Under the pieces are notes generated by a model. The model had not been told where the DNA came from. It did not search any database and was given only the letters and a program-made list of their open reading frames with translations. A stretch of 40,152 nt of DNA, taken from an uncultured Candidatus Marinamargulisbacteria bacterium. GTDB taxonomy: Bacteria > Margulisbacteria > Riflemargulisbacteria > GWF2-35-9 > CAYUBI01. The DNA is taken from the NCBI GenBank assembly GCA_964443005.1, contig CAYUBI010000005.1, positions 1-40,152 on the forward strand. Reading direction: 5' to 3'. Positions within the stretch are counted from its first letter, which is position 1. Each line of letters begins with the position of its first letter. Positions 8,232 to 16,955 of the stretch are shown piece by piece. A program made the translations under genes and the position numbers.

Positions 8232-10193
8232 ATGGAAGTTAATTATAAAATTCGAAATATTGAAGAAATTATTGCAGATGGTCTTACTTTTTTATTAAAT
8301 AAAACTCAAGCAGTTGTAGCAATTGTTTTAGTTATTATGACTGTTTTAATGTATGCATTGTTTTATCTTACAGGAATGCAGCTTCCTGTTCAAAGTTACG
8401 TGTTATTTTGGTTTGGGGCTATTATTATGATGGTTGCAATTTATGCTAGTCAATATCTTGCGCTGATCCGTCCTAAGCGGCTTTCAAAAGAGTTTTTACA
8501 AGATCGGTGGCGTGTGTTTTCTGATTTTTTTAGTCGTGGGTTGTGGATTGGTTTTACTCTTTTAATCATTCCATTGCTTGGGTTGATAGTAGGCATCCGT
8601 ATATTTGGAATTAATTCAATTCTTTTTTATTTATTTGGCGTTAGTGTCGTTTCGTTTTTTAGTCGGATTGGTGGGGGATTATTTGCAAAAGGTGCAGATA
8701 TGGCGTCACACATGATGATTGACGAGGTGTCTGATGTGGGGCCTGGTGATATTCGCAATGCTGCTGTTGTTGCAGATTATATTGGCGATCATTTAGGGAA
8801 TTCGATTGCAGTAGGTGTGGATTTAGTTGAATCATTCTTAATTGTATTGTTGAGTGTTGTTTTGTTAATGATAAGTGATCATGGTCAATCGATTCTTTCG
8901 ACTATTGTTCGAGATAAATTATTGCTTTATCCAATTCTTTTGGCTTTTGGTGGTACACTAATTGGTTATGTTTCTGGAAAAATATTGACCTTGTTTCGGC
9001 CGCGTTGTATTGAAACGAATTTGGTATATTCAATTTATTTGGCAGCAGTTATAACTATGCTAGTTGCTGCATTATTAATTAAATGTATGCCAATTGATTA
9101 TTCTCAATTTATTCCTTTTTGGGGTTTTTCTGCGAAATATGCTCCATTTTTGGCCATATGCTTGGGATTGATTTTGGCGATTGTGATTGGAATAAATAGT
9201 GATTATTTTACGTCATCATATCATCATCCTACTCGAAATATTGCTTCGTTTGCTCAGTATAATGCAGTTATTTCAATTTTGATGGGAATGTCTTACGGAA
9301 TGTTTTCAAGCTTGCTTCCTATTTTGTTTAGTACTTTGTTTATGTTGCTAGTATTTAAAATTGCAGGAATTTATGGAGTTATTATGTTGGGCTTAGGTTT
9401 GTTATCTGTCACGTCTGTTATTATTGGTGCCAATTGTTTTGCACCGTTTGCAGATAATGCCTTTGGTATTGCAAAAGTATGCAAATTAGATTCAGCAACA
9501 ATTAGCAATGTTGAAGCCTTGAACTCCATGGGAAATACAACGGTTGCTTTTGGGAAAAGTTTTTCAGTTGGATCTGTGCTGATTGTTTCATTTACTTTAT
9601 TTATTTTATTTATTCGTTTATCAGGAATTCATTATATGGATATTTCGGTGTTTCATCCGTTGTTGATTGCATCGTTACTTGCAGGGGGTATGTTACCCTT
9701 TCTTTTTGCCGCAGTTTTGCTACGGGCAGTGTCGTATACTTCGGTCGCAATGCTGGAAGAAAGTAAGCGTCAGTTTTTAGAAATTCCATTTTTAAAAGAA
9801 GGTAAAGTGTTCCCAAATGTGAGTGGATTTGTTGAATTGATTGGGTTCCCGATATTAAAACGAATGATTATTCCGAGTGTTATTGTCATTTGTATTCCAA
9901 TTGCAATTGGAATTTTTTTGGGAAAGGAAGTGTTGGCTGCTGTATTGTTTGGGTCTATGATGAGTGGAATATATTTATCGATTCATTATTCTATGACTGG
10001 TGAAAGTTTGGATCATGCAAAAAAATTTATTGAAATTGGAAATTATGGTGGAAAAGGCACTCCGACTTATCGTAATGCTGTAGTTGCAGATATTTTTGGA
10101 GATTCGCTAAAAGATTTGATTGGGCCATCAATCAATAATTATATTAAATTAATGTTAATTATTTCGATTGTGATTATTCCCTTGATTTTGTAA
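8232..10193 (+). CDS. hppA: Membrane-integral Na+/H+-translocating pyrophosphatase homolog, highly divergent (possible pseudo-enzyme)
   Basis: Colinear with mPPase motifs: RIGGGLFAKGAD, DIRNAAVVADYIGD, ADNAFGI, GNTTVAFGK, DHAKKFIE and GDSLKDLIGPSINNYIK. Many TM helices. Confidence 0.85.
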   Translation: MEVNYKIRNIEEIIADGLTFLLNKTQAVVAIVLVIMTVLMYALFYLTGMQLPVQSYVLFWFGAIIMMVAIYASQYLALIRPKRLSKEFLQDRWRVFSDFFSRGLWIGFTLLIIPLLGLIVGIRIFGINSILFYLFGVSVVSFFSRIGGGLFAKGADMASHMMIDEVSDVGPGDIRNAAVVADYIGDHLGNSIAVGVDLVESFLIVLLSVVLLMISDHGQSILSTIVRDKLLLYPILLAFGGTLIGYVSGKILTLFRPRCIETNLVYSIYLAAVITMLVAALLIKCMPIDYSQFIPFWGFSAKYAPFLAICLGLILAIVIGINSDYFTSSYHHPTRNIASFAQYNAVISILMGMSYGMFSSLLPILFSTLFMLLVFKIAGIYGVIMLGLGLLSVTSVIIGANCFAPFADNAFGIAKVCKLDSATISNVEALNSMGNTTVAFGKSFSVGSVLIVSFTLFILFIRLSGIHYMDISVFHPLLIASLLAGGMLPFLFAAVLLRAVSYTSVAMLEESKRQFLEIPFLKEGKVFPNVSGFVELIGFPILKRMIIPSVIVICIPIAIGIFLGKEVLAAVLFGSMMSGIYLSIHYSMTGESLDHAKKFIEIGNYGGKGTPTYRNAVVADIFGDSLKDLIGPSINNYIKLMLIISIVIIPLIL

Positions 10194-10218
10194 AAAAGTA
10201 TTTTTTAAGGAGGATGGA

Positions 10219-10989
10219 ATGGAAAAAAGCAACTTACGGCGACCGATTATGGCAGGAAATTGGAAAATGAACATGACAGTATCACAGGCTAAAATTTTGG
10301 CTAAAGATATTGTCGAAGCAGTTAAGGGAATTACTACGTGCGATATAGTCGTTGCACCTTCATTTGTTTGTTTGCAGGCTGTGCAAGAAATTATTTGTGG
10401 CACAAATGTTTGTTTAGCAGCGCAGAATGTTTTTTGGGAAGATGTGGGTGCATTTACAGGTGAAATTTCTGCTGATATGTTGATTGATTTAGGCGTTACT
10501 TATGTGATTGTTGGTCACTCTGAGCGTCGTCAGTTTTTTGCGGAAACTAATGAAACTGTTAACAAACGTGTTCACCAAGCGTTTAAAAAAAAGCTAATTC
10601 CTATTGTTTGTGTTGGCGAAACCTTGGCTGAACGAGAAGAAGGCAAAACGTGTGATGTTGTTAAACAACAGATTGTTGGCGCGTTGGCTGGTGTGTCAGT
10701 GACTGATATGCATCAGGTGATTGTTGCATATGAACCGGTTTGGGCTATTGGAACTGGAAAAACGGCAACAAATACTCAGGCTAATGATGTGCATGTTGCT
10801 ATTCGAAAGTATATTGAAGAATTATATAATTCCACGATTGCGGAGTTCGTAAGAATTCAATACGGTGGTTCAGTAAAACCTGATAATATTCAGGGATTAA
10901 TGACTGAATCGAGTATTGACGGGGCTTTGATTGGTGGTGCATCACTGAATGCTGAAAGTTTTGCAAATATTGTAAAATTCTCAAGATAA
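10219..10989 (+). CDS. tpiA: Triosephosphate isomerase
   Basis: AGNWKMN, GHSERR, AYEPVWAIGTG, YGGSVKP and IGGASL motifs; RBS AAGGAGG. Confidence 0.98.
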   Translation: MEKSNLRRPIMAGNWKMNMTVSQAKILAKDIVEAVKGITTCDIVVAPSFVCLQAVQEIICGTNVCLAAQNVFWEDVGAFTGEISADMLIDLGVTYVIVGHSERRQFFAETNETVNKRVHQAFKKKLIPIVCVGETLAEREEGKTCDVVKQQIVGALAGVSVTDMHQVIVAYEPVWAIGTGKTATNTQANDVHVAIRKYIEELYNSTIAEFVRIQYGGSVKPDNIQGLMTESSIDGALIGGASLNAESFANIVKFSR

Positions 10990-11004
10990 ACAAGGAGTAA
11001 ATCT

Positions 11005-11967
11005 ATGATTAGTTATAAGGAACTTGGTTTAGTAAGTACGAAAGAGTTGTTTAACAAAGCAGTCAAAGGTGGGTATGCAATTCCTGCATATAATTTTAAT
11101 AATATGGAACAAATGCAAGCAATTCTTCAAGCGTGTGTTGAAACAAAATCTCCTGTTATTTTACAGGTTTCTTCAGGTGCTCGGAAATATGCGAATGAAA
11201 CATTACTTCGGTATATGGCGCAAGGAGCAGTTCAGTACGTGAAAGAATTGGGATATTCAGTTCCTATTGTATTACATCTTGATCATGGCGATACTTTTGA
11301 ATTGTGTAAATCGTGTATTGAGTTTGGTTTTTCATCTGTGATGATTGATGGATCGCATCATTCATATGAAGAAAATATTGTGTTAACTAAAAAAGTTGTC
11401 GAGTTTGCGCATGCTCATGATGTAACTGTAGAAGGTGAATTAGGTGTATTAGCAGGAGTAGAAGATGACGTTAAAGCTGAAGATCATGTATATACACAAC
11501 CGGACGAGGTAGAAGATTTTGTATCTCGAACAGGTGTAGACTCGTTAGCTATTGCGATTGGAACCAGTCATGGTGCATTTAAATTTAAACCTGGAACAGA
11601 TCCTAAGATTCGTTTAGATATTTTGGCTGAAGTCGAGCGTCGAATCCCGGGTTTTCCCATTGTGCTTCATGGGGCATCTTCGGTTCCTGAAGATTTGGTA
11701 GCAATGATTAATCAGTATGGTGGGAAAATGGATCATGCTATTGGTATTCCTGAAGATGAGCTGCGAAAGGCTGCAAAATCTGCTGTATGCAAAATTAATA
11801 TTGATTCTGACGGTCGCCTAGCTATGACTGCTTCGATTCGAAAAGAATTTGCAGAGCATCCCAGTGAATTTGATCCTCGTAAATATTTGGGGCCTGCACG
11901 AGAGGCCTTGAAAAAACTTTATATTCATAAGAATATTAATGTTTTAGGATCTGCTGGAAAAGCGTAA
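11005..11967 (+). CDS. fba: Class II fructose-1,6-bisphosphate aldolase
   Basis: LHLDHG, SSVMIDGS, VEGELG, AIGTSHG, VLHGAS and KINIDSD motifs. Confidence 0.97.
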   Translation: MISYKELGLVSTKELFNKAVKGGYAIPAYNFNNMEQMQAILQACVETKSPVILQVSSGARKYANETLLRYMAQGAVQYVKELGYSVPIVLHLDHGDTFELCKSCIEFGFSSVMIDGSHHSYEENIVLTKKVVEFAHAHDVTVEGELGVLAGVEDDVKAEDHVYTQPDEVEDFVSRTGVDSLAIAIGTSHGAFKFKPGTDPKIRLDILAEVERRIPGFPIVLHGASSVPEDLVAMINQYGGKMDHAIGIPEDELRKAAKSAVCKINIDSDGRLAMTASIRKEFAEHPSEFDPRKYLGPAREALKKLYIHKNINVLGSAGKA

Positions 11968-11985
11968 GTAAAGGAGACATCAGTA

Positions 11986-13197
11986 ATGTGGACTACTTTT
12001 AAAGGCAAAAAAGTTAATATTCGGCGAATTGGAATTTTGACAGGTGGCGGTGATTGTGCTGGCCATAATGCAGTTATTGCAGGTTTATTGCGGCGTGTTC
12101 ACCAAGCAAATGCATTGTTGCCATGTGATGAGAAAATGGAGTTGATTGGGTTGCAGGAAGGCTGGAAATCATTGACGCGCGATATAGATGTTGAGGCCAA
12201 TTTGATTGGAGTTCAGCTAACAATGGATGATATTGAGGAGTCCTTTAAACAAGCTGGAACTATTATTTATTCTTCGCGAACCAATTTGTTTTCCAAAGAA
12301 AATATAGCAAAAAATGCACCTCAAAAAGCAATTGATAATCTAAAAAAAATGAATATTGATTGTTTGGTTGTTTTAGGTGGAGACGATACGCTAGGTGCTG
12401 CTGGAAAAATGGGTAAACAATTTGAATTTCCAATGTTTGGGGCACCTAAAACAATGGATAATGATGTGTTTGGCACAGATCGAACCTATGGATTTGATTC
12501 TGCAGTTGTGGAATCAGTTCATTTTTTAAAAAATATTCGAACAACAACGCGTTCACACAAACGAGTATTTATTGTTGAATTGATGGGGCGCCATGCAGGC
12601 TGGGTATCTCTTTATGCAGCAGTTGCAGAAGGTGCTGATGTAACGTTGTTGCCTGAAGAAGAAATCAGCATGGATAAATTATTTGCTCAGGTTCGCAAGA
12701 TGATGGCTGTGAAAGGGTGGGGAATTATTGTGGTTTCTGAAGGCGCACGGTTATTTGATAAACGCTATTCTGAAAAGCTAAATCAACGTCATCAGGAATT
12801 GCTAGATGCGGTTATTAGTCAAAAAAAATATGCAGTTTTAAAAGCAATGCACGAAATGCCGAAAAAATTAGATTCATTTGGAAATGAGCAATTGGGCGGA
12901 ATTGGTCAGTACCTATATTCAATTCTTGAACATCATGTACCGGATTTTGAATATCGATTGCAAATATGTGGACATGCTATTCGAGGAGGAGAAGCCAATG
13001 TTGCTGATCGCTTGTTAGGATTGCAGTTTGGTGATGCGATTTTTGATTATATGAAAGTCGGACAATTTGGCGTGTATCCAGGATTACAAGGTACGGAAAT
13101 TGTTTCAAATGAGTTAACTGAAGTAAAAGGTGGACGGTTTATTGATATTGAGAAAGATCGACTTTATCCGATGAAGGACATGGTTAATTTCTATTAA
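11986..13197 (+). CDS. pfkA: 6-phosphofructokinase family, predicted PPi-dependent
   Basis: GILTGGGD, GGDDT, PKTMDND and VELMGRHAG motifs. GGDD plus PKT is the established PPi-donor signature. Confidence 0.92.
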   Translation: MWTTFKGKKVNIRRIGILTGGGDCAGHNAVIAGLLRRVHQANALLPCDEKMELIGLQEGWKSLTRDIDVEANLIGVQLTMDDIEESFKQAGTIIYSSRTNLFSKENIAKNAPQKAIDNLKKMNIDCLVVLGGDDTLGAAGKMGKQFEFPMFGAPKTMDNDVFGTDRTYGFDSAVVESVHFLKNIRTTTRSHKRVFIVELMGRHAGWVSLYAAVAEGADVTLLPEEEISMDKLFAQVRKMMAVKGWGIIVVSEGARLFDKRYSEKLNQRHQELLDAVISQKKYAVLKAMHEMPKKLDSFGNEQLGGIGQYLYSILEHHVPDFEYRLQICGHAIRGGEANVADRLLGLQFGDAIFDYMKVGQFGVYPGLQGTEIVSNELTEVKGGRFIDIEKDRLYPMKDMVNFY

Positions 13198-13234
13198 GAA
13201 CGGTTTTTGGGTTAGAGCAGTTCATTTTCTTTAT

Positions 13235-13852
13235 TTGTTTGTCATAACTTTGGGTGACATGGTTTATGTGCTGTGTCGCCCAAAATTATGGCGATTTTTT
13301 ATTGCGTTTCAGTGTGAATATTTTTTTCGATCGCCCTATTTCGTAGCTGAACGTTATCATACTGCTGAACAATCGTGGATATATGGATATACGTCCTTAC
13401 TTACAATTCACCGAATTCTTTCTTATATTTTTCCACAGGGTGCGCGTATGAAAACGTTGTGTGATTTAGGCTGTGGAGATGGCCGTGTAGTCTTTGTAGC
13501 TGGGTTAGTGTGGAATATGTTTGCCAAAGGGGTTGATCAAAATCCTCTATTTATTGAAAAAGCTTTGATGATTAATCACTATATCGGTTGTACCAAAGTT
13601 CAATTTGAGGTTGCAAATATCCTAGATGCAGATTTAATTCCTTATGATGTTGTTTACTTAGCTTGGACTACGTTCCCCAAGCATTTTGAAATGGATATTA
13701 CGCGAAAACTTGTACATGAGATGCGAGAAAATACGTGGGTGATTTGTTTGTCATTTCCAGTTGATCATACTGCTTTTGTTGTACGTTTTCAGCAGAAATT
13801 CTATTTCTCTTGGGGCAGAAATATGGTATATTTTTGTCAGAAAATTATATAA
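13235..13852 (+). CDS. Class I SAM-dependent methyltransferase
   Basis: YGYT...CDLGCGDGR motif I, GVD motif II and YDVVYL. Start is uncertain; the frame is open back to 13175. Confidence 0.8.
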   Translation: MFVITLGDMVYVLCRPKLWRFFIAFQCEYFFRSPYFVAERYHTAEQSWIYGYTSLLTIHRILSYIFPQGARMKTLCDLGCGDGRVVFVAGLVWNMFAKGVDQNPLFIEKALMINHYIGCTKVQFEVANILDADLIPYDVVYLAWTTFPKHFEMDITRKLVHEMRENTWVICLSFPVDHTAFVVRFQQKFYFSWGRNMVYFCQKII

Positions 13853-13858
13853 AAGGAG

Positions 13859-14695
13859 ATGTTTATGCCAATTGTTGGTATTTTTCGAACGCGTAATACG
13901 GAAGATATTTTAACAGTAGAGCAATCAATTATAACAGTTGCTTTACAAACAGGCATGGAAATCAAATGTTATAATGCATTGTCGAAATCTATTCAATCAA
14001 AAGAATGTGACGTATTAGTAACTTTGGGTGGAGATGGTACGATTTTGAAGGCAGTTCATTTATTGGATAAAGCTCAACTACCAGTTTTAGCTGTAGCTAT
14101 GGGTAAGTTGGGCTTTTTAGCTGAAGTGGGTGCTGCAGATCTTGTTCGTGCGCTTTCTCGATTTCAATTGGGTGATTTTACGTTGGAGTCTAGAAATTTG
14201 ATGCAGGTGAATGTTTTTCGTCAACATCAATGGAAAGAATATCATGCTTTAAATGAAATTGTGGTTAAGAGTACGCATTCGCGTATGATTGAAGTTGATA
14301 CGTACATTAATGATCAGTTTTGTACGATGTATAAAGCGGATGGCGTTATTGTTGCAACGCCTACTGGATCAACTGCTTATAATTTATCTGCAGGAGGTCC
14401 ATTAATTAGTCCAACACTCAATGCCATGGTATTGTCACCTGTTTCTCCTCATGCATTGACTGTACGCGCTTTGGTGATTCCAGACGAAGATATTGTTACA
14501 ATTGTTCCCAAAAGTTTAGATACGCTTCTTTCAATTGATGGACAAATCGAGCTATTGTTTGATTCTGATAGTCAAGTAAAGGTAACTCGGTCTGCTAAAA
14601 CGGTTTATTTTGTTCGCTTTGAACCATATAATTTTTTTAATGCAATTCGAAATAAATTGCATTGGAGTGGCGCTAATTCTGTGGTGCATACCTAA
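13859..14695 (+). CDS. nadK: NAD(+) kinase
   Basis: LGGDGT, GKLGFL, ALNE and DGVIVATPTGSTAYNLSAGGP motifs; adjacent to recN. Confidence 0.96.
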   Translation: MFMPIVGIFRTRNTEDILTVEQSIITVALQTGMEIKCYNALSKSIQSKECDVLVTLGGDGTILKAVHLLDKAQLPVLAVAMGKLGFLAEVGAADLVRALSRFQLGDFTLESRNLMQVNVFRQHQWKEYHALNEIVVKSTHSRMIEVDTYINDQFCTMYKADGVIVATPTGSTAYNLSAGGPLISPTLNAMVLSPVSPHALTVRALVIPDEDIVTIVPKSLDTLLSIDGQIELLFDSDSQVKVTRSAKTVYFVRFEPYNFFNAIRNKLHWSGANSVVHT

Positions 14696-14698
14696 TTT

Positions 14699-16339
14699 AT
14701 GTTAGTACGTCTTTTTATTGCCGATTATTTATTTATTCATCGATTAGAATTAATATTTGGGTCTGGATTGATTGTTTTTACTGGAGAAACTGGCGCAGGT
14801 AAATCGATTTTAATTCGTGCTATTGCCGGTATTTTAGGTGAAAAATTGGGCAAAGAAGTTGTTGCGTCAGCTGCTACAAAAACCCAATTAGAAGCAGAGT
14901 TTACTAATTGTTCACCAGCTGTCTCAATTCTTTTAGCGGAGCAGCATATTGATGAAGATAATCGTTTGTATATATCGCGTGAAATTTATAAAGATGGTCA
15001 TAGTGTATATCGGGTGAATGGGACAGTTGTTTCGCCACAAATTGTTAAACAACTTAGCGTATATTTATTAGATATCTATGGCCAAAATCAAGCTCAACGA
15101 ATTTTGGAGCCTAGTTATCAATTGACTTTATTTGATAACTATTTGGGAAAGGCTCATCTTGATTTATTGGCATCATTTAAATCTATTTTTTTAAATTTGA
15201 ATTCAATAGATAAGACAATTTCTGATATGCAATCTCAGTTTTTGTCTGAAGAAGATTTGCGCCATAAACGTTGGCAATTAAGCGAAATTGAATCTGCAAA
15301 TTTGGATTCTGTAGATGAGGAAGCCTTACATTTATTGTATAAACAAATTCAGGATAAGACAATGATTGATTCGTTATCCCATACATTGATTCAATCGCTG
15401 GATTCAGCTCAGTCTGGTCTTGCTCAAGCGAAACGAAGTCTTGATGAGCTTTCCCACTGGGTTTCACTATTTAAGTCAATTAGTGATCGTGTTGATCGCT
15501 TAGTTAGTGAGGCTTCTGATATTCATTATGAATGTAGCCGAAATATGAAGGATGTATTTAGTGAATCAGTTAATAGTGAGAATATTGAGCAGCAGCTTCA
15601 TCAGATTGATGCTTTGAAACGAAGTTATGGGCCTATGATTTCGGATGTTTTGAAATATAGAGATCAGTTGCGTTCTGATATTGATAGTGCACTTCATCAC
15701 AATGAGCGATTGTTGGATGCTAGGCATCAACGTGAGTCGCTTTTTATGAGTTGTCATGCAGCTGCATCTGCGCTTTCAGCACAGCGACGAGAATCACTTG
15801 CTTCTGTGAATATTCAAATGAATCAGTTGTTGGAGCAATTAAATATGGTAGGGCATGAATTTATGATTGATTGTGATTCTTGCCCTTTGTCTCTTTCTGG
15901 AATAGACCGGTTACAGTTTCGACTTAAATTGGGGAGTCAGGGTATGTTTTTGCCACTTGCTAAGATTGCGTCAGGAGGCGAATTGTCCAGGATTATGCTT
16001 AGTTTAAAAACAATTTTTTGTCAGGCACAAGAAACCATGATTTTTGATGAGATTGATGCAGGTATTGGTGGGAAAACAGCGCAACGAGTTGCTGAATTAT
16101 TAGCAGATCTTGCAGAAAACAAACAGGTATTTGTGATTACTCATTTGGCGCAATTAGCTAGTCGTGCTCAGCAACACTATTTTATTGAAAAAGTGCAAAA
16201 TTGTGAAGTGATAAACTTTTCAATTTTTGCCTTAACTGGTGATCAGCGTCGTCATGAAATTGCTCGAATGTTGTCTGGGGATGTTACAGTAAGTGCTTTA
16301 CAGCATGCCAGTCAATTGTTAGGTGATATTTTATCATAA
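14699..16339 (+). CDS. recN: DNA repair protein RecN
   Basis: Walker A TGETGAGKS, coiled coil, ASGGELSR, IFDEIDAGIGG, ITHLAQ and EIARML motifs. Confidence 0.95.
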   Translation: MLVRLFIADYLFIHRLELIFGSGLIVFTGETGAGKSILIRAIAGILGEKLGKEVVASAATKTQLEAEFTNCSPAVSILLAEQHIDEDNRLYISREIYKDGHSVYRVNGTVVSPQIVKQLSVYLLDIYGQNQAQRILEPSYQLTLFDNYLGKAHLDLLASFKSIFLNLNSIDKTISDMQSQFLSEEDLRHKRWQLSEIESANLDSVDEEALHLLYKQIQDKTMIDSLSHTLIQSLDSAQSGLAQAKRSLDELSHWVSLFKSISDRVDRLVSEASDIHYECSRNMKDVFSESVNSENIEQQLHQIDALKRSYGPMISDVLKYRDQLRSDIDSALHHNERLLDARHQRESLFMSCHAAASALSAQRRESLASVNIQMNQLLEQLNMVGHEFMIDCDSCPLSLSGIDRLQFRLKLGSQGMFLPLAKIASGGELSRIMLSLKTIFCQAQETMIFDEIDAGIGGKTAQRVAELLADLAENKQVFVITHLAQLASRAQQHYFIEKVQNCEVINFSIFALTGDQRRHEIARMLSGDVTVSALQHASQLLGDILS

Positions 16340-16450
16340 TCTATAGTAATGATGTATTTTGCTCTTTACGAGTGCTAGGGAAGAATGGTATGTTATTAGG
16401 TAATAGGTACTTTTTTAAGTGAGTAGTTTTTGAAAAAAGGGGGAAATCCA

Positions 16451-16936
16451 ATGAATGAACCAGTTAAGAAAATGAATGATAATGAAGAAAAATTAGTGAC
16501 GTTCTATTTGGGTGAAGAAATGTATGGTATTGATATTATTGCAGTACAAGAAATAATTCGTATGCAAGAAATTACTAATGTTCCTAAAACATTGCATTAT
16601 GTAGAAGGCGTCATAAATTTGCGCGGTAAAGTTATTCCTGTTGTTGATTTAAGAAAAAAATTCAATCTTCCTAGTACTGAAGAAACCAAAGATACTCGTA
16701 TTATTGTTGTTGAATACTATTCTAAAATCATTGCGATGATTGTAGATAGTGTATCTAAGGTTATTCAATTGCCTGGTAATGCTATTGAGCCTCCATCTCC
16801 GATCGTATCTAATGTTGATTCTAATTATATGAAAGGCATTGGGAAAATTGACGGAAACCTTATTGTATTGCTTGATTTAGCCAAGGTTCTCGGTATTACG
16901 GTGCCTGCTGATTCGACAGAATTAGCAACAGCGTAA
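16451..16936 (+). CDS. cheW: Chemotaxis adaptor CheW
   Basis: YGIDI..VQEII, EGVINLRGKVIPVVDLR and IVDSV motifs. ATG 16451 follows a GGGGG RBS. Confidence 0.96.
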   Translation: MNEPVKKMNDNEEKLVTFYLGEEMYGIDIIAVQEIIRMQEITNVPKTLHYVEGVINLRGKVIPVVDLRKKFNLPSTEETKDTRIIVVEYYSKIIAMIVDSVSKVIQLPGNAIEPPSPIVSNVDSNYMKGIGKIDGNLIVLLDLAKVLGITVPADSTELATA

Positions 16937-16955
16937 CCTGTAATCAATTACTTTT

